Shown piece after piece: positions 62,028 to 64,000 of a DNA stretch of 64,000 nucleotides. The notes under the pieces were generated by a model. The model ran no database searches. It was not told where the DNA came from and saw nothing but the letters and a program-made list of their open reading frames with translations. The stretch lies in assembly GCA_964016885.1 (NCBI GenBank), contig OZ024741.1, positions 306,156,001 to 306,220,000 of the forward strand, in the 5' to 3' direction. Each line of letters begins with the position of its first letter. Positions within the stretch are counted from its first letter, which is position 1. The position numbers and the translations under genes are program-made. This DNA comes from Eledone cirrhosa. Taxonomy: Eukaryota.

Positions 62028-62185
62028 GTGTGTGTGTGTGTGATATAAATTAGCGAGAATCGCATTTCGGCTATATATATATACGTATACATACATGCAT
62101 ACATACACACATTCATACATGCATATATACATATATATGTGTGTGTGTGAGTGTGTCTGTGTGTGTGCTTGTATGAGTGTGAGTG

Positions 62186-62237
<52 letters not shown>

Positions 62238-62563
62238 TTAAATAGATAGATAGAGAGGCAGAGAGAGAGAGAGCATTGTGTTTTCTTTTTCTAGCTTTCT
62301 CTCCTAATCTTTCTTTTTTTTTCCCACTTCATTCCTCTTAGTTTTTTATTTCTCTCTTTCAGTCACTCTCTTCCTCTCTCTTTCTCTCACTTTTTAACTC
62401 TCTTTACAGATTTTGCTTTTACGAAATCTAATTTCTGGAGAGAACAATTACACATGCATGTATAATCACAGCTAGCTTATATACATATACAAGCTAGTTG
62501 TGACAACTGGCCAATCCTGACCAAGCAGACCTATAAGCAATAACATTCTAAACATGGCTATTC

Positions 62564-62755
62564 CAGACCTGTCAACTCTCTCCGTCCGACGAGGAGATCT
62601 CTCACCCACTTTGGACTGGGTGAGAGAAGTGCTCTCTTGTGAAAATGGGTATAGGTTTCATTATGTAAAATCTCCCCATTTTGCTTAATTTCTCCCCGTT
62701 TTGGGGCACTTTTTATGGTACTCCCTGTTTGGGATTTTAGAGGTTGGCAAGCCTG
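62564..62755. mobile_element. MITE, reverse-oriented copy of 32664-32858
   Basis: TIR cagacctgtcaac / gttggcaagcctg; flanks ctattc / ctgttc. Confidence 0.75.
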
Positions 62756-64000
62756 CTGTTCCATCTGTCGGTGTCTCCTGCGATGGAGACTTCTCTAACT
62801 GTAAAGTTGTGTCAAAGAAAATTCGAACTCCTCTTCACTTTGCAAAAGCAAATGTGTGTGTATGTCGGATCTCCATCGGTTCTGTTGACAAATGTTCTAG
62901 TTGTTTGATCAGCGAAACAACGTGCAAGTGGCTGAATATTCCGCAGATGCTTGTATCTTTAACGCAGTCTTCAAGGAGATTCAGCATAACTCAGTAAATC
63001 ACAAAGCTGGCCTTTTTGGGGAATTATAAGTACAACTCAATTTTCTAGTCTGAACAGACTGAAGCAGCCGGGAATAGAACCCATGACTATACAATCTGGA
63101 CCGAACACTGTAACTATTAAGCCACAAACATTCACACCATATATATATGGACCTTTAACTCCTGATGCAGTCATATGTGTACCGTTGTGACACCTATTGG
63201 ACATTTTACACCTAGTGGAGCCCATCTCTTCTCCATGTTTGAACATAGCCGATTTCTTCTAGAGAATTGGTACTTTTTTATCGACCCCCAAAAAGTGAAG
63301 AGCAAATTTGAGCTCGGCGACATTTATCACAAAGCTTCCTATCCGATTTTCTTTACGCAATAGAACATTGTAAAATTGATGTTAGTGGTAGAGACATCAC
63401 AAAACATACCATCTATTTCATGAGAAACTACGAGTGTTGGTAATGAAGTTATTAAATTTTGACTGTAAACTCTTTGCTATTCACTCCGGCTCACTCCGCT
63501 ATGAGTTCAAATTTCGTTGAGGTCAACTTTGCTTTTATCATAAATAAAGTACATGTATAGTACAGGAGTCGATTTCTCTGGTAATCGGATAAGTTCCGAC
63601 CTAGAAAAAGATGGATAGTACCATGTTTAAAATATATATATGTGTGTGTGTGTGTGAGCGTGCGTGCATGTGTGTGTATACGTACAAAAAACACACATAC
63701 ATTTATATATATATATATACATATGTACAGTGGCGGACTGGCTCGCCAGGTTGCCAGGTTGCCCAATGGCAAGAAGGCCCCCAGGGGGCCAACGGTAGCA
63801 TTGCGGGCCCGCTGTAGTATTTTAGGGGCCAATGCTTTGCTTTAAAAAAATACCTGAAGTCAAGGAGAAAGAATAATATTCTTTTTATAAATAAATAAAA
63901 CAATTAAGCAAAGCATTTGGTCAGCCAATTCCTCAGGGAATTAATAGAAACCATAATATATGATAGTGCAAATAGCTGGAATCAGTGGTTGTACATTCTA

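Overview
Eukaryotic, repeat-saturated DNA. The extreme (TA)n/(CA)n/(GA)n content and the tRNA-derived SINE families suggest an octopod mollusc, which is an inference. Most ORF-track entries are microsatellite artefacts. The real coding remnants are three Penelope-like elements (PLEs: RT plus C-terminal GIY-YIG), two decayed R4/Dong-type LINEs, RTE fragments, a Chapaev3-type DNA transposon, a small non-autonomous LTR element, and one probable first coding exon of a host gene (- strand, 35753-35911). The main hidden signal is non-coding RNA. Reading both strands by eye, I find about 38 type I hammerhead ribozyme (HHR) motifs (CUGANGA...GAAA...UH) in about 13 unrelated sequence families, mostly in short elements inserted into (TA)n. 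The standout is a 5.1 kb array of a near-invariant, highly structured 311-bp HHR unit: 12.2 copies in one orientation joined head-to-head to 4.2 copies in the other. It looks like the genomic print of a small circular RNA (non-LTR retrozyme) copied by rolling-circle, twin-primed reverse transcription, probably by PLE enzymes. Seven further HHR elements show the same head-to-head architecture. All folds were derived manually; none was computed or tested.
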